Below are positions 9,223 to 18,173 of a stretch of DNA of 64,000 bases, in pieces; position 1 is the first letter of the stretch, and the number at the start of each line of letters is the position of its first letter. Source of the stretch: a virus (taxonomy: Duplodnaviria > Heunggongvirae > Uroviricota > Caudoviricetes); IMG/VR virus record IMGVR_UViG_3300028832_000001, positions 36,007 through 100,006 of that record. One strand, given 5' to 3'. Both the position numbers and the translations under genes were made by a program. The notes under the pieces were generated by a model. It made no database searches. It worked only from the letters and a program-made list of their open reading frames with translations, and was not told the origin of the DNA.

Positions 9223-10277
9223 TATTTAAAATCACTCCAGAAATCGTCATTATATTCCATTGCATCAGCCATCATGTCAATGGTCATATTATCTTCTTGT
9301 TTAATTTCTTCTTTGATTCTGATATTATCCATATCGATTTCTGGTTGTAATGTGGCATATACAGCCCAATATAAAGCTGAAACAGTATCATCATGATTTC
9401 CTTTTGCAGCTTTGAAAACGTTAGACTGTTGTTCTTCAAATCTTGAAAGTTCTGCAATAGTTACACCATCATGAATGGTAAGAATTTCAGCATCAACGAC
9501 TCTTTGTAATTCGAGGCATGCATCGAGCTTGGAACGTTTATCTGATTTAGTTCCTAAACCTTTACCTGCTTTTTCAGTATTTAAAAGATTTGGATTTTCA
9601 AGTGTATACCAAATTTCTTCTACAACCTGTTTACCTGGGTCATTGTTTTCAATAATGAAATAAGCATTGTTATACATCTTGGAAACATTGTCAATAATTC
9701 TGGCAAACTGACCAGGTTTTACAGTATTGGAACGATATGTTGCAACTTGTTCCATGTGATACTTGTCTTTAATTTCAATAACCTGAATACAAGCATAGTC
9801 ACCACCAACACCAGCACAAGGGTCACATCCCATTAAATAGAAATGTCCAGCTTCAGGCTTTTTATAAATCGATAATGACAAATCTTCATAGAGAACATCG
9901 ATTGGTTCCATTTCTACAAGTTTTTCAAGAACATTACCACTAATCAATGTATTAGAAGAACCAATGAATGAGCAGTTATGATGAATAACTCCATTCGTTG
10001 TTTCATACAATGCACCATCAATATTAAGAGGAGTATAAACTGTTTTAACTCCTACTTCTTCTATTTGAACAACTTGACTTATATCAAACGTGCTATTCTT
10101 TACTTGAGAACCACGTTTAAGATCTTTTGCATAAATGTCTTGATTATCAGGTGTTTTAAACCTATGGTCTAAAGAGCATGTAATTTCAGAATTATCAAAT
10201 ATAATATGAACAGACTCAGCTGATTTCTTCTGAAATCCATCGAATTTCTTGAATGTATCACCAATCTTAATAAACAT
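9222..10277 (-). CDS. gp17: Large terminase C-terminal (RNase H-like nuclease) half fused to a split-intein C-fragment
   Basis: aa 1-101 intein C-half ending HHN; extein starts CSFIGSSNTLI; nuclease motifs LMGCDPCAGVGGDY, IENN, HDDTVSAL; no ATPase domain. Confidence 0.9.
   Translation of the reverse strand: MFIKIGDTFKKFDGFQKKSAESVHIIFDNSEITCSLDHRFKTPDNQDIYAKDLKRGSQVKNSTFDISQVVQIEEVGVKTVYTPLNIDGALYETTNGVIHHNCSFIGSSNTLISGNVLEKLVEMEPIDVLYEDLSLSIYKKPEAGHFYLMGCDPCAGVGGDYACIQVIEIKDKYHMEQVATYRSNTVKPGQFARIIDNVSKMYNNAYFIIENNDPGKQVVEEIWYTLENPNLLNTEKAGKGLGTKSDKRSKLDACLELQRVVDAEILTIHDGVTIAELSRFEEQQSNVFKAAKGNHDDTVSALYWAVYATLQPEIDMDNIRIKEEIKQEDNMTIDMMADAMEYNDDFWSDFK
9975..10277 (-). mobile_element. Split intein C-fragment (IntC, atypically long, AceL-TerL type)
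   Basis: Block B CSLDH, block F VYTPLNI, block G VIHHN followed by Cys+1; starts at its own Met. Confidence 0.85.
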
Positions 10278-10310
10278 AAAAACTCACTGAAATAAACAGA
10301 ATATTTTATA

Positions 10311-10337
10311 TATTTATAACAACTAAAACTATAAATA
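10311..10337. promoter_or_regulatory. Divergent pair of T4-type late promoters
   Basis: TATAAATA on the minus strand at 10311-10318 (for TerL-C) and on the plus strand at 10330-10337. Confidence 0.8.
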
Positions 10338-10365
10338 TTATAAAACAATTAGAAGGGCTTAAAAT

Positions 10366-11712
10366 ATGTTAAATTTAGATGTAACTCCTGCTGAAATGAG
10401 TTCTGACGAAATCAAGTCATGGCTTAATGAATGTGCAGCTGAAATTGAAAAAGCATATGATGATGATAATATTACATATGCAAATAAGCTTGATATGATT
10501 TATCAAGCAGTAAAGCAAATGGGTGCTGAAAAACTCAAGAATGAATCCTTTAAGGGATATATGAAAGCTTCATTCTTATCAGAATCTGTTACTGAAGATG
10601 GTAATGATGCAACAAGCTTGATTGAAGTTGATGAATGTATCAATACAATTAAGAAGCAATTAAAAGATTGCGAAGTTGAACTTGATGCAAAGGTAACAGT
10701 TGATGAAAATTTAAAGGTTGTTGACTTTCAACCGATTACCGTTGATATTGGTTTTAAGCTTCCTTATATTGACGATTTGCAACACATTGTCTTAACATAT
10801 ACACCTTCTGAAATTCCTACTGATTTAGATATTGATTCTATTCCAGCCAAGGATTATAAGGCAACACCACAAGGCGAAAATACAGAAATTGCATTTAAGT
10901 CTATTACCAATTTGTCTGATAATCTTCCAGAATTAATGTTCAAGGAAACTATCGAATGGCCATTTGAAATGGATTTCAAGTCTGCTGCAGTAGAAAAGAA
11001 GTTTAATAAGAATAAGACTTTAACTGCTAAGATTGTTGCGTTACTTGGTAAGGAACAATTAATTAATAAGGTTAGTGGTTATCAGTCTACTCACTCTTCT
11101 GGTTCTAATAGAGCAACAAGAGCAAAGAGAGAAGCTGAAGTAATCAGGGCATCAGTTCGTGCTCGTGGACCATTCAAATCCAGAACTGAAATTCTTAAAG
11201 ATACACTTACTGCAATTCCAGGCATTACTTCTGTTAGAGAAATGGATGTCATGGGTGATCATAAGTATTATAAGAAGTTCAGAATTACCTTTAATGGCGG
11301 TTGGTTTGATGTTTTCAATGGCGGTATGGATTTCAGAGTTACTGATAGTACTGGTGGTTTCGGTAATAGTCAGGAATTCAGAACTGATACACATGATCCA
11401 GACGCATCTGTAAATAATACACGTAATAAAGTTGTAGCATATATCAAGCAGAGAATGGAAGCTATTAAACGTGGCGGTATGGGTGCTAGAGAACGTGCTG
11501 CTTTAGAGATGAGAAATAGACCGCAAAGACGCGATTTAACGACTGAATATAACGAGTTTGTTAAGATGGCTGAAGAAACCCTAGCTGGAACAAATGTCAC
11601 GTCCAGAGACGTCTTATCAGACAAATATGACCGTCTCATGTATAGTGAACGTTTCTTGTCTGATGAGCAGATGACTAAGATTACTGAACTTGCAACACAA
11701 CTTGATATTTAA
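10366..11712 (+). CDS. Putative internal head protein
   Basis: Late promoter; N-terminus has several gp21-type sites (WLNE, LKNE, FLSE, VTE) and the CTS-like FKGYMKASFLSE. Confidence 0.55.
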   Translation: MLNLDVTPAEMSSDEIKSWLNECAAEIEKAYDDDNITYANKLDMIYQAVKQMGAEKLKNESFKGYMKASFLSESVTEDGNDATSLIEVDECINTIKKQLKDCEVELDAKVTVDENLKVVDFQPITVDIGFKLPYIDDLQHIVLTYTPSEIPTDLDIDSIPAKDYKATPQGENTEIAFKSITNLSDNLPELMFKETIEWPFEMDFKSAAVEKKFNKNKTLTAKIVALLGKEQLINKVSGYQSTHSSGSNRATRAKREAEVIRASVRARGPFKSRTEILKDTLTAIPGITSVREMDVMGDHKYYKKFRITFNGGWFDVFNGGMDFRVTDSTGGFGNSQEFRTDTHDPDASVNNTRNKVVAYIKQRMEAIKRGGMGARERAALEMRNRPQRRDLTTEYNEFVKMAEETLAGTNVTSRDVLSDKYDRLMYSERFLSDEQMTKITELATQLDI

Positions 11713-11784
11713 AAAAAATAAAGCTTGGATAAATTCCAAGCTTTTTTAATATAAAAAAATATGTGAACAAAAGTTCACATATTT
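11713..11784. terminator. Two tandem terminator hairpins between convergent genes
   Basis: AAAGCTTGGA/TCCAAGCTTT and AAAAATATGTGAAC/GTTCACATATTTTT. Confidence 0.8.
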
Positions 11785-11803
11785 TTATTTTCTCCTAAAT
11801 CTA

Positions 11804-13051
11804 TTAGATAGCACCGTAGTCAGTTAATCTTGCAGCAACATCTAAGTAATTTTCGTAAGATTCGTTGATTAATTCTTTATTTTCTTCAACTTTAGTAGAT
11901 TCTTCAACTGGTTCTGTTTCAGCAACTGGAGTGTTATTAACTTGAACTTCTAAACCATTTGTCTGGAGAGCAGTTGTTGCACGTCTTAATGCAGCAGGAG
12001 TACCAGTAATATGAACAATAGAACCATCAATTTCAGAAGTTACGTTAACATTCGGGAAGATTTCTTCAGCAGCAATCTGTGCTTCTTCTGCATTAACAAA
12101 TTCAATCCAGAGATCATTAGAAGATGCTGTAGCAGCTGGTGCTTCAGGTGTAATGAATTCACCATATTCACCAATAAGATCTTCCAATTCTTCTTGTTTC
12201 TTCTTAATTGTAAGAGAACCATCTTCATTTTCAGTAAACTTAATGTTACCATTATTAAGTCTGATTCTTACACGAGTTAATGCACCTGGAGTTGCTGGCT
12301 TAAAGATAGATACCTTACCAGAAGCAACAGTATTAACTCTGTTTCTACCGACAGCGATTTCGAGCTTAGTATATAAACCTTCAACCTTTTCTCTTTCTTC
12401 TGCAGTAAGTTCATCTGCACGAGCCATTAATTGGTCAATACGGTCCTTGATAAGGTCAGCATTGGAACCACCACGGCTGAAAGAAGTAATAGAATTTTGA
12501 ATATTTCTAATGAGTGTTTTAGCATCAAGTGCGCTATCGTCACGAGAATGAGTAGTTCTTGCAAGACCTTGTTCAGTCCAACCGCCTTGCGGAATACCTT
12601 CACCGCCTTCAACACACTGATTAATATATTCTCTTTCTTTCTGTAATTCTTCGAGATATTCTTGATTACCTGTTTCTGGGAATACTGCAAGTGCTGCATC
12701 GAAGTTTGCTAAAAGAGTTTCAGCAGTATTCTGAGACATACCCTTACTGTTAGCACTCTTAAAGTCATTTTCAACCTTAGAAAGAGCTTCAGCAACACCG
12801 AATGTCTTAGCTTGACCTCTAACTGTCAAATCAACAGTTCCTGCATCTTCAAGACCTGCGAAAGAACCAGTATAACGACCATTAAAACGAGCCATTTCGG
12901 AAAGAATCTGATATGACTTTGTTTTTGTAGCACGACGTGATTCTAAGGATTCCATCAAGCTCTTAACAGTATTCTTAATATAGCCATCAAGATTATCATT
13001 GACAGAGTAACCAACAGAACCTAAAATTTTCTTTGCTTCATTTAATTTCAT
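11804..13051 (-). CDS. Putative prohead core/internal protein with EAxxI...GY motif
   Basis: Starts MKLNEAKKILGSVGY; LMESLE, ILSE and LINE sites; TATAAATA at 13083-13090 and AGGAGA SD. Confidence 0.6.
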   Translation of the reverse strand: MKLNEAKKILGSVGYSVNDNLDGYIKNTVKSLMESLESRRATKTKSYQILSEMARFNGRYTGSFAGLEDAGTVDLTVRGQAKTFGVAEALSKVENDFKSANSKGMSQNTAETLLANFDAALAVFPETGNQEYLEELQKEREYINQCVEGGEGIPQGGWTEQGLARTTHSRDDSALDAKTLIRNIQNSITSFSRGGSNADLIKDRIDQLMARADELTAEEREKVEGLYTKLEIAVGRNRVNTVASGKVSIFKPATPGALTRVRIRLNNGNIKFTENEDGSLTIKKKQEELEDLIGEYGEFITPEAPAATASSNDLWIEFVNAEEAQIAAEEIFPNVNVTSEIDGSIVHITGTPAALRRATTALQTNGLEVQVNNTPVAETEPVEESTKVEENKELINESYENYLDVAARLTDYGAI

Positions 13052-13095
13052 TTTAAATTCTCCTAATTTAATTACTTTATATTATTTATAAAGAA

Positions 13096-13497
13096 TTATT
13101 CAGAAATATTATTAATATTGAATTTTCTGACTTTTTTATAATTAACCGCTTCGTTATGTGAAACAATATCGAATTTTGTTCTATGCGGGATGATTTCGTT
13201 CATATCATTAATAGAAATCATATGCCATTTTGTTAGCCATAATGCAATAGAATTGCGTCTTTCTATATCTTCTAAAGATACATTACCAAAGCCATGATAT
13301 CCATTCTTATTAGGAGCTAATGTAAATAATTGTTTAAAATGAACTAAATAATACGTATCAAACTGTTTTAAAAGGTGACAAGATTGATAAATTATCTTAT
13401 TTTTCTTATCAACAATTCCCATTCTTGACAATGTTTCTTTAATAACATTTGGATCTACCAGTAGCTTCACTTCCAATAATCTGTTTGTCTGGTACAT
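13096..13497 (-). CDS. regA: Translational repressor RegA
   Basis: KETLSRMGI...IYQSCHLL...YYLVHFKQL...EDIERRNSIALWLTKW aligns with T4 RegA. Confidence 0.9.
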   Translation of the reverse strand: MYQTNRLLEVKLLVDPNVIKETLSRMGIVDKKNKIIYQSCHLLKQFDTYYLVHFKQLFTLAPNKNGYHGFGNVSLEDIERRNSIALWLTKWHMISINDMNEIIPHRTKFDIVSHNEAVNYKKVRKFNINNISE

Positions 13498-13923
13498 TTA
13501 ATATTCCTCTGGTTTCCAATCAAATTCTTTCATTTCACTTAAGAATAATTTATTAGCAACAGCTTCTGGTTCAATTTCATCAGTTATTGAACTAGTAAAG
13601 AATGTCATTAAAATATCTTTAACGCTTGTATATCTAACAAGTTCAGATTCAGATAATTTCGAGAAGCCATAATCAGCATAACCATTATTACTATAAATTA
13701 AATCCATTTCTTTTTTAAGTTTAGTAATATTAAGGTATTTACTATTGTAAATTAAATACTTATTATTTTTAACTTCTCTAGCTGTCCAAATAGTAGGTTT
13801 TGCAGTTTTAACTACTTCTTCAAGCGTTAATTCTTTATCAGCTTTACGAACAACTGTATCTTTTATCTGTTCATCAGTCGCTTTATTTTCTTCTTCTACT
13901 AGATATTGCTTAAAATTAATCAT
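13498..13923 (-). CDS. Hypothetical protein with T4-type capsid-targeting N-terminus
   Basis: MINFKQYLVEE; ATG lies 5 nt after TATAAATA. Confidence 0.65.
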   Translation of the reverse strand: MINFKQYLVEEENKATDEQIKDTVVRKADKELTLEEVVKTAKPTIWTAREVKNNKYLIYNSKYLNITKLKKEMDLIYSNNGYADYGFSKLSESELVRYTSVKDILMTFFTSSITDEIEPEAVANKLFLSEMKEFDWKPEEY

Positions 13924-13939
13924 ATAATTATTTATAAGT

Positions 13940-13967
13940 AAAAAAGGAGTATTAAAGTACTCCTTTT
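13940..13967 (-). terminator. Intrinsic terminator
   Basis: AAAAGGAGTA/TACTCCTTTT stem after the gp26-like paralogue 2. Confidence 0.75.
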
Positions 13968-13986
13968 TCTTTATTTTTTGTTAAAA

Positions 13987-14778
13987 TTACTTAATTTTTG
14001 GTAAGAAGAACGACGGAACGAATGGCATCGGAAGTAAAATATCTTCACCACAAGAATCGCACTTAAACTTTGCTACTGGCTTTGCACTGAAAAGCAATTC
14101 TGCCATTTCATTTGTAAAATGACTGAAGCTCTTTGCATCCATATCACAAATATATTCGTAAGCCTTATACAAAGACATCTTAGTATCATTTACCTTAAGA
14201 ATATAGCTAGAAAGTTCAAGAAGTTCAGGATTGATTTCAATCATGATGTTTTGGTCATTCTTTAAACGATTGATTGCACCTTCAGTAGCGATTGTCGGAT
14301 AAGTAATTGTAATCTTATCCTTATTTGGTAATTCAATATATTCTGGAACGTCTTTGTCAAGATATGTAACGTCAAGATTCTTGAGGAAGAACTTATAATT
14401 TCTGATATTACCACAATTATCACAAGTTCCACGAAGAAGGAACGGAATATCATCATAAGTGAAAGCACGGAGGTAATAAATTAACCAAATCTTATCACCT
14501 GTAAGAATCTTACCTGTTTCAATACCCCATAAACAATTAGAAAGAACATTATTAATAACATTATTAATATTATTTTCATTAATTGTTGCAAGATTCTTAA
14601 TATTTAAAGTATTTAATTTCTTTACATAGATTGTTTCTGGATAGAATTTACCTCTTGACGGTAATAAACTCTTATCCAACATTACTGCACCTTTAGGTGG
14701 TTGATTACTTAACTGATTAGAAACTTCTCCAACATTACTTTGAGTAATATTATTCAAATCTAACTTTTCTGATTTCAT
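13987..14778 (-). CDS. gp26: Baseplate hub assembly protein (gp26/gp51-like), paralogue 2
   Basis: LPSRGKFYP...ILTGDKIWLIYYLRAF...CDNC...CDSC...FFLP; TATAAATA at 14811-14818. Confidence 0.7.
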   Translation of the reverse strand: MKSEKLDLNNITQSNVGEVSNQLSNQPPKGAVMLDKSLLPSRGKFYPETIYVKKLNTLNIKNLATINENNINNVINNVLSNCLWGIETGKILTGDKIWLIYYLRAFTYDDIPFLLRGTCDNCGNIRNYKFFLKNLDVTYLDKDVPEYIELPNKDKITITYPTIATEGAINRLKNDQNIMIEINPELLELSSYILKVNDTKMSLYKAYEYICDMDAKSFSHFTNEMAELLFSAKPVAKFKCDSCGEDILLPMPFVPSFFLPKIK

Positions 14779-14849
14779 ATTTTCACCTTTAATATTTAAA
14801 CAATTTTATATATTTATAAATTTTAAATATCTATCTATACACACGTTCA

Positions 14850-15155
14850 AAATATCTGTAGAGACAATAAGCCTATTTAAGGAAATAGGCAAAAGACTAA
14901 TACATCTGTCTTCGACTAGTGGATTTACAAACGAGCTTACGGGTCGGTCATCCTGTACTCCGGCTATATCTCGTCCTACCAATGGCGGCTAAATATACTG
15001 CTTGCTAGACAGTATTTCGATGAACATTCCATTATCCGTTAATACCGGATCATATAAATGAAAGACACAGTTCTAGTATCTTTAATGGCTAACCCTCTAC
15101 CGACAGTTCCATTGGATTGGTCTTCGCTCCGAGGAATTAGACTTTGGAATTTATG
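14850..15155 (-). ncRNA. Candidate structured non-coding RNA of unknown class
   Basis: ORF-free ~440-bp gap, GC-richer than other spacers; CTATATTTG promoter at 15160-15168; at least six stems including G-U pairs, plus a possible pseudoknot. Confidence 0.55.
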
Positions 15156-15217
15156 GAATCAAATATAGATTGATTGTAAAATTTTGTAAACTAAAGAATA
15201 CCAAAAAGTCTGATTTT

Positions 15218-17272
15218 TTAGCTTAGATAACCATATTCCCTAATAACACGTTTAAAGCTTGCTTTAGTTTTATCTTTAACTTTTAACTTATCAACACTTC
15301 TGGATAATTCATCCAATGTAGCCTGACTAAATGTTCCACGTTTAATATCTTCATTAAGCATCTGAACATTACTTTCATCCTTATTGAACTGGTTCCAAAC
15401 AGTCTTAAATCCACTATAAGCATGTTCCATATGTAACATACCCTGAACTGTCTTATTAGCAGTGCCTTTATTGCTATCAATAACTGTTTGTCTAGTGCTT
15501 TCAGACCAACCCTCGGTATCTACTAACATATTCTTATCGCTAACTCTCTGAGAAGCATCTTCATCAAGCTGAATATTTAGATAAATACCCTTACCCTTAT
15601 CAAGCTTAACTACAGATGTATTACCATAGTCATCTGTAATAACACCACCTGTTGTTTCAAGTAATTGATTAAGACCTTCTTTAGCACCTTTCAAGTTTGC
15701 TTTCTTACGTTCTTCTTTAGTAGTATAACCTATACCACCACCATTTGCTAAAAATACGTCAACAATTGCTTCTTTACCACCAAATGCTTCTTGAACAGCC
15801 TTGTTAAGTGAAGCAGAATCTTTGAACTGCATTGTAACACCATTGATGTTAACAGTAATTTCACCAAGGTCACTATAACCTCTAGCACCTTCAGAAGAAC
15901 CAGAACCTAAGTTAATTGTACCTCTTGCACCACCAGTATCAAGCATATCAAAGAATACGTGTCCACGTTCACCTTCCCTAGCAGTAACTTCTTTTTCATA
16001 AGAATAAACAATAGCACCTATTAATGGGTCATTACCATTATAACTACTACGTATAGGTGTGGTTTCTTTCTTAGGAGTATCAACTTCCATACCAACAGCT
16101 TCTTTAATTGCTCTATTCAAATCATCTTCAGTTGCATAATCTTTCTGTAATTCTTTAGCAAGAGAATCAGCATCAGTTACTGGTTTATTCAATTCATCAA
16201 TTCTAGCAACATTTTCATTCATCTTATATAAAATATCACTAATTTCTGCAACTGTTTCTTCATCAGCATTAGTAAATTTTAAGAATCTTGCTACAGCTTC
16301 AGTTTCATAAATATCTGCACCATTTGCAGCATTAAATCCGACTAATTCATAATCACCACCAGCAACAGATTCTTTTGTATTCTCACCATGTTCAGCACGA
16401 ATATTAGCATTCAAGAAATTCAATAGAGTTTCAGTTTGATTTGCCATTGTGCTGCCACCTTTACTTTCAGCAATTTGTTGCATAAGTGCTAGTTGTTCAG
16501 GAGAAGCATTTTCCATACTTTTTGCATAAGCAACAGCAAGGCGTTCCATCATATATTGATTTAAATCTAAGTTTTCATTAGCCAATTCATCAATTCTCTT
16601 ATCAGCCAATTTACGTTCAGCTTTCAATATCTTATCAGCATACTCAGTATTTTTATGATTTTTGAGAGTTTCTTTAAGAGCATCATTAAGCGCTTTATTA
16701 TCTGGCAATGTATATTCTGTAGTATATCTGCTTATTTCATCATTATCACCATAATGTTCTAATGTTAATGGTTCGTCCATTACATAAACAACATTAAATG
16801 TAGCAGTAATTTCGATTGGACTACCAAATCCGTTATTATTGAAAGATGGCATTCCATGTTCTTTTAAACGACATACATAAACTTTTCTATCAGCAACGTC
16901 TACCATTGATTCATTAAATTGTGTAACGCGTATATTGATAAGAGGAGGTAAATATCCTTTATAGAGATTCGGTCCCATCCATGTACATAATTGTTTAAAG
17001 ACTTCCATCTTGTCTGTTTCTTCAAAAGTAATTTCTAATGAAGTTTCACCATACTTAAAGATAGGAACGACATATGCAGTATTACCGAAAACCTTTTTAT
17101 TTTCGGTATCTAATTTATATACTGGTTGAGTAATCTTCTTAATAGTATACTTGAATTTAGTATACTCTTCAATTCTATCACCTTCAGCAGCATTAGGCCA
17201 GATTTCAGCACTGAATCTGTAATTGATATGTGGTCTAAGCCTTTGTATATTAAAAATATTTACAAGTCCCAT
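15218..17272 (-). CDS. Tail-tube-fold (gp19/gp54-like) domain fused to a ~500-aa extension
   Basis: N-terminal RPHINYRFSAEI...KKITQP...LEITFEET...EITATFNV is tube-like; coupled downstream of gp14. Confidence 0.55.
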   Translation of the reverse strand: MGLVNIFNIQRLRPHINYRFSAEIWPNAAEGDRIEEYTKFKYTIKKITQPVYKLDTENKKVFGNTAYVVPIFKYGETSLEITFEETDKMEVFKQLCTWMGPNLYKGYLPPLINIRVTQFNESMVDVADRKVYVCRLKEHGMPSFNNNGFGSPIEITATFNVVYVMDEPLTLEHYGDNDEISRYTTEYTLPDNKALNDALKETLKNHKNTEYADKILKAERKLADKRIDELANENLDLNQYMMERLAVAYAKSMENASPEQLALMQQIAESKGGSTMANQTETLLNFLNANIRAEHGENTKESVAGGDYELVGFNAANGADIYETEAVARFLKFTNADEETVAEISDILYKMNENVARIDELNKPVTDADSLAKELQKDYATEDDLNRAIKEAVGMEVDTPKKETTPIRSSYNGNDPLIGAIVYSYEKEVTAREGERGHVFFDMLDTGGARGTINLGSGSSEGARGYSDLGEITVNINGVTMQFKDSASLNKAVQEAFGGKEAIVDVFLANGGGIGYTTKEERKKANLKGAKEGLNQLLETTGGVITDDYGNTSVVKLDKGKGIYLNIQLDEDASQRVSDKNMLVDTEGWSESTRQTVIDSNKGTANKTVQGMLHMEHAYSGFKTVWNQFNKDESNVQMLNEDIKRGTFSQATLDELSRSVDKLKVKDKTKASFKRVIREYGYLS

Positions 17273-17275
17273 AGA

Positions 17276-18133
17276 TTACCAACCCTCAAAAGGATCATAG
17301 TATTGTGGATTCTCTTCTTTAATTTCTTCAGACTTATATATGACATTAGTCGGAACATTATCTTTTGGTTCATTGTTAATATCAGTATCAGTCATTGCAT
17401 CTGTATTTGTAGATAACATATCAGATTCAGGTGCAACTTCACTTGTCTTGTCTGTTGTAGAAGTAGAAGTATCAAGTTTAAATGTTTCTGCAAGTTCTGC
17501 ATACTTTCTAAATTCATCCATTGGGTCACTATTAACATTGAGTTCATCAACGTTTTCATGATTGTTGTGCCAGACACGTAACTTGAATGTATAAGTAATT
17601 GGAGTAGACAAGAATGTCGTCTGTTCAGCAAATTCCTTTACATTAACAACTTCATAATAAGTGTCAGAATATTCGATATAAACAATATCACCAATCTTTG
17701 GAACCTCAGCTTCGTAAATATCCTTCATATCTGGATATGAAAGTTGAGATGCTTCATAGAAATGTTGAACTGTGCATTGACAAGTTATAATTTCTGGAAA
17801 AATCATACCCTGAAGTTCATATTGTCTCTGCATTGTTGGGATAGATTCAGTATACATCTTTAATAAGAATCTACGTTCTACATTTGCCAATGGGTCTTCA
17901 CCATATAATCTGTCTTTTTTAGTATCAATGTTTTTTAAATAATATTGAACTTCAAATCCAAACATATTATATGCTTCAGAAGAAAGTTCAGAAAGTAATG
18001 CTGCTTCTGCTTTATAACAGTCATTTTCCATACTATCGAAATAACGAGGAGCAGTCCAGTCCTTACCTTGGACTGAACAGTTACCCTGTTTAAATAGTTT
18101 AGAAAATTCAGATGCATATGATTGAACTGCCAT
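17276..18133 (-). CDS. gp14: Neck protein (T4 gp14-like)
   Basis: EAYNMFGFEVQYY...RLYGEDP...PKIGDIVY...YYEVVNV...YTFKL. Confidence 0.8.
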   Translation of the reverse strand: MAVQSYASEFSKLFKQGNCSVQGKDWTAPRYFDSMENDCYKAEAALLSELSSEAYNMFGFEVQYYLKNIDTKKDRLYGEDPLANVERRFLLKMYTESIPTMQRQYELQGMIFPEIITCQCTVQHFYEASQLSYPDMKDIYEAEVPKIGDIVYIEYSDTYYEVVNVKEFAEQTTFLSTPITYTFKLRVWHNNHENVDELNVNSDPMDEFRKYAELAETFKLDTSTSTTDKTSEVAPESDMLSTNTDAMTDTDINNEPKDNVPTNVIYKSEEIKEENPQYYDPFEGW

Positions 18134-18137
18134 ACAT

Positions 18138-18149
18138 TATTTATAAATA
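18138..18149. promoter_or_regulatory. Palindromic bidirectional late promoter TATTTATAAATA
   Basis: Two overlapping TATAAATA boxes within a 16-bp perfect palindrome (18136-18151) between divergent genes. Confidence 0.8.
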
Positions 18150-18173
18150 ATAAAGAATATTGGAGAATTTTAA

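Noticed and set aside
9978-10172. 64-aa plus-strand ORF as a possible intein N-fragment
   Set aside because: Antisense to IntC; lacks a terminase extein and a block-A Cys motif
10366-11712. Possible homing endonuclease separating the terminase halves
   Set aside because: No LAGLIDADG, HNH or GIY-YIG motif; divergent orientation; looks like an internal head protein
14955-15030. Group I intron-like words GAGAUAUAGCC and GUUCAUCG in the candidate ncRNA
   Set aside because: No complementary P7 5' strand upstream, and the flanking genes are complete, so there are no exons to join
14850-15155. tRNA, tmRNA, RNase P or SRP identity for the intergenic RNA
   Set aside because: No T-loop GUUCRA, acceptor stem, GAGGAAAGUCC or SRP helix-8 signature found on either strand
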